Shown here: positions 24,912 through 27,534 of the stretch, in pieces | How positions within the stretch are numbered: position 1 is the first letter of the stretch | How the letters are laid out: each line of letters begins with the position of its first letter | Origin: a virus | Lineage: Duplodnaviria > Caudoviricetes | Reading direction: 5' to 3' (one strand) | Virus record (IMG/VR): IMGVR_UViG_3300037424_001280 | Span: 1-27,534 of that record | Length of the DNA stretch: 27,534 nt | Position numbers and translations under genes: made by a program | Notes under the pieces: model-generated | What the model saw: only the letters and a program-made list of their open reading frames with translations | Told to the model about the DNA's origin: nothing | Database searches by the model: none

Positions 24912-26243
24912 TCAGAGCAGGCGCGGGGGTTGGGTGGTCAGGGTTGCCCAGCGTTCAAGTACCACCGAAATATAAACCGGCTCTAACTCAAAGCCGATAA
25001 CCCGCCGGTCGCCTAATTCCTCTGCGGCCAATACAGTTATACCGCTTCCGAGGAAGGGGTCAATAATCACGTCGCCCGATTCGCCGTAGGTCTCAAACGC
25101 CCACTTTGCTAAGGCTATCGGCTTTTGGGTTGGATGAATCCGGCGCTGCCCCTGCTCACTTGCCTTTAGCATCCCATTCCAACGATGCTCAAAAATACGT
25201 GCGGCGGTTGGCTGATTTGTCCAGGCCATTTCACAATCGGCAAAGTTGCCGGTGTTGTCTTTGTCCCAGATTATCCAGCATGGCGACGGGGGTAAGATGT
25301 CAGTGTAATAGTTTGCACCCCACCAAACTTGACAGGCGTTAGGATAGAGGTTTAGAAGTAGGGCCGCGCTTTGTTTGGCCGTTTCGGTGGTGCTGTCACC
25401 GGCGACGGGCGCATACTTACCCGCGCCGATAGGCTTGCTTTTACCGTCATTTTTTGCCCCTCCAAATGGATAACCCCCATCGGGTCTACCTAAGCCACCA
25501 ACTTGCCCAACTAGGCGACGTTGCTTAACACCCCCAAAGGGAATATCATAAGCCTCACCGCCGCCAACGTATCCGTTGGCGGCGACTATATTTATGCCAT
25601 AAGGCGGGTCGGCAAAAGCAAAGGTTACAGCCGAATCGCCCACAATCTTTTTGATATTGGCCTCATCTAAGCTATCCAAACAGGCTATGGTATGCTGGCC
25701 TAACTGCCACACGTCGCCAAGTTTAACCTGCCATTTCTTGTGATACTTTTCGGCCTCAACTTCGGTCGGCGCGGGCGGCTCTTGTCCGTTGCCGTTACTT
25801 GTCCCATTCACCCCGGCCCGGCTCCGCAACGCCTCTAACATCGCCCCCAACCCCGGCTTGTCCGCTGTCATCGCCCGTGTGCGCTCCAGCAGGGCGGCGA
25901 GCTTTTCGGGGATGGGCTGGGCCTGTTCGGTAATGGCATCAAGGGTGGCGAGGGCCAGGGCTTCTTCATCGTCGGTCAACTCTACGTAGTCAACCGGCAC
26001 AAGCGCCTCACCTTTTAGCACGGCGAGTTCAACCCGCAAGTGACCGTCAATAATGTGACCGCTGGATTTATTGACGATGACGCGAGACAACCAGCCCAGG
26101 CTATCTAATGCCTCCTCAAGTGCGGCCCGTTGCGTTTCGGGATGCGCCCGCCAGTTGAGTTCATTGTAACCTTTGGCGAGTTCCTGGGGGTTAGCCGCGC
26201 CGGATTCGACTATTCGATTAGGCCAGAATAACGGTTCAATCAT
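24912..26243 (-). CDS. ParB/Srx-like domain fused to a beta-class N6A/N4C DNA methyltransferase
   Basis: NWRAHP...IIDGHLRV (ParB-like); DPPY precedes HPTQKP and DPFLGSG. Confidence 0.9.
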   Translation of the reverse strand: MIEPLFWPNRIVESGAANPQELAKGYNELNWRAHPETQRAALEEALDSLGWLSRVIVNKSSGHIIDGHLRVELAVLKGEALVPVDYVELTDDEEALALATLDAITEQAQPIPEKLAALLERTRAMTADKPGLGAMLEALRSRAGVNGTSNGNGQEPPAPTEVEAEKYHKKWQVKLGDVWQLGQHTIACLDSLDEANIKKIVGDSAVTFAFADPPYGINIVAANGYVGGGEAYDIPFGGVKQRRLVGQVGGLGRPDGGYPFGGAKNDGKSKPIGAGKYAPVAGDSTTETAKQSAALLLNLYPNACQVWWGANYYTDILPPSPCWIIWDKDNTGNFADCEMAWTNQPTAARIFEHRWNGMLKASEQGQRRIHPTQKPIALAKWAFETYGESGDVIIDPFLGSGITVLAAEELGDRRVIGFELEPVYISVVLERWATLTTQPPRLL

Positions 26244-26407
26244 AAATCAAAACCGGCTCGCTTTGCCGTGCGTTTAACTTCATCGCCTTTCGCCCTCGCC
26301 GGCCCGAACTGCTCCTCCAGCATCCTGGCGTAATCATCGCTGTTGGCATCGTTGCCGGATAATAAGGCCACAGGCGCGCCGGCAATGTGATTAAGGGCGG
26401 TACTCAT
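26240..26407 (-). CDS. 55-aa hypothetical protein (MSTALNHIAG...KRAGFDL)
   Basis: ATGA overlaps at both ends, GAGGGAG SD; not in the ORF track. Confidence 0.65.
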   Translation of the reverse strand: MSTALNHIAGAPVALLSGNDANSDDYARMLEEQFGPARAKGDEVKRTAKRAGFDL

Positions 26408-26958
26408 AGCTCCCTCAACTCACCGGCCGCCAGGTCACCCTCAATACCCCACCAGCTACCAACCTGCCCATTCTCAATCTTGGCTTCTTCCATTCGATCA
26501 TAGCGCCAGCGGTAACACTTTGAACCATCTTTGTGAATATACTCAGCCTGGGCGTCTTTGGCGAGTTTGATAATTGCAACGGGGATTATGTATTCAGTGT
26601 CGGGTGTTTTGGCCGGTTGAGTAGGGGGAATAAAGATCATAGACATAACGATACTGGACTTAATTATTGTGTCATCAAATATGGTCACTGATGCACTCTC
26701 TCGCGCCTCACCCGGCCCGCGCGGGCGCTCCTGTTGTGAGACAAGTGGTGGATATCCCAATTGCTCTTTTGCCCAACGTACCCAGGCGATTGGCGATAAA
26801 ATTCCCGTGCCATCAGGAAGACCGGCGGGAATTTCCTCTGCTAGATCAAGATACGATCTAGCCCACTCTGGAGGAGGAGGGGCAGGATGAAGTACAATAT
26901 CGAAAATTTGCTCTAATGCCTCACGAGCCTCCTTATGGGCAAGACAATGACTGCACAC
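26404..26958 (-). CDS. Hypothetical protein; C-terminal domain paralogous to 8815-9072 (true start may be ATG 26646 or 26640)
   Basis: ORF track plus internal paralogy. Confidence 0.6.
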   Translation of the reverse strand: MCSHCLAHKEAREALEQIFDIVLHPAPPPPEWARSYLDLAEEIPAGLPDGTGILSPIAWVRWAKEQLGYPPLVSQQERPRGPGEARESASVTIFDDTIIKSSIVMSMIFIPPTQPAKTPDTEYIIPVAIIKLAKDAQAEYIHKDGSKCYRWRYDRMEEAKIENGQVGSWWGIEGDLAAGELREL

Positions 26959-26997
26959 AATAAGCCCTATCCTTTCCCCGTCCCGCCAATTCGTGAA

Positions 26998-27132
26998 TTA
27001 TTTCCTACCATCTAAAAATCCCAAAAACCCTTGACACACCGTGCGCATTGGCGGCAAGCTTGGGACCGCGCAGACGATAGGGCCGCCGGGGGCGTGGAGG
27101 TGGCCGGACTGGACGTAGGGGATGGGTTTCAT
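26998..27132 (-). CDS. Possible 44-aa ORF (MKPIPYVQSGHL...LDGRK)
   Basis: Open frame filling a gap; weak support. Confidence 0.3.
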   Translation of the reverse strand: MKPIPYVQSGHLHAPGGPIVCAVPSLPPMRTVCQGFLGFLDGRK

Positions 27133-27147
27133 TCGGCAGGGGTGAAA

Positions 27148-27393
27148 TCAAAGGTGCTCATTATGAAATTCCATCGCCTTAAACCATCGTCTATCCTGTT
27201 CGCCCAAGTGACTGACAGAGGCAACAATTGACCCCCACGAATCAGCAGGGATGGTAAAATCAAATTGTGCTTCCGATAGTTTATATTCCCTCTCGGCATC
27301 GGGCCATTCAACGGGAGGCTTCATAAATTTTATTACCCTGACATCACCATTTTCTCTGCGCCCAAAGAAGATTTCATTTTGCCAATGAAACAT
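27148..27393 (-). CDS. Hypothetical protein, 81 aa
   Basis: GAGGTG SD before ATG; globular composition. Confidence 0.75.
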   Translation of the reverse strand: MFHWQNEIFFGRRENGDVRVIKFMKPPVEWPDAEREYKLSEAQFDFTIPADSWGSIVASVSHLGEQDRRWFKAMEFHNEHL

Positions 27394-27462
27394 TATTGAT
27401 TCACCTCGTCATCCTCGTCATCCTGTCAATCGGCTTCACCTCGCCCGCTCCTCCACGCCGGG

Positions 27463-27534
27463 CTAACGCTCGGCAGTCCACAGCACCCACGCCGTTAGGG
27501 CGACGGCCAGAATAATGACAATCAGGCCGACAAT
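27463..27534 (-). CDS. 3' end of a small membrane protein (truncated by the window edge)
   Basis: IVGLIVIILAVALTAWVLWTAER* hydrophobic helix. Confidence 0.45.
   Translation of the reverse strand: MVGLIVIILAVALTAWVLWTAER

Larger units (their letters stand above)
1368..27534 (-). mobile_element. Tailed phage/prophage packaging and morphogenesis region (siphovirus-like); ends not visible
   Basis: Canonical gene order terminase-portal-scaffold-capsid-connectors-tube-chaperone-tape measure-tip-fibre, all on one strand with tight stop/start coupling. Confidence 0.95.

Noticed and set aside
27405-27424. 9-bp tandem repeat (cctcgtcat x2)
   Set aside because: Too short and isolated to interpret

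Overview
This is a tailed dsDNA phage or prophage segment, siphovirus-like (tail tube, chaperone frameshift and tape measure present; no sheath seen). A complete morphogenesis operon runs on the minus strand from ~26.2 kb to 1.37 kb: ParB-like/DNA methylase fusion, terS, terL, portal, scaffold, DUF2190-like cement protein, major capsid, connectors, tail tube, G/GT chaperones, tape measure, tail tip genes and a 1066-aa tail fibre. It converges on three plus-strand non-structural genes at the left edge. No integrase, lysis cassette, RNA gene or CRISPR array is recognisable. A Chloroflexota-like host is only a tentative impression from protein style. The most unusual features are: a TadE-like pilin gene embedded in the tail-tip genes; a signal-peptide-bearing protein in the head module; a chain of stop/start-coupled micro-ORFs after terL; a KMP-repeat basic micropeptide; a promoter-hairpin-terminator leader before the capsid genes; a repeated Shine-Dalgarno hairpin; and several internal paralogies. 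All product calls come from motifs and synteny, not database searches.
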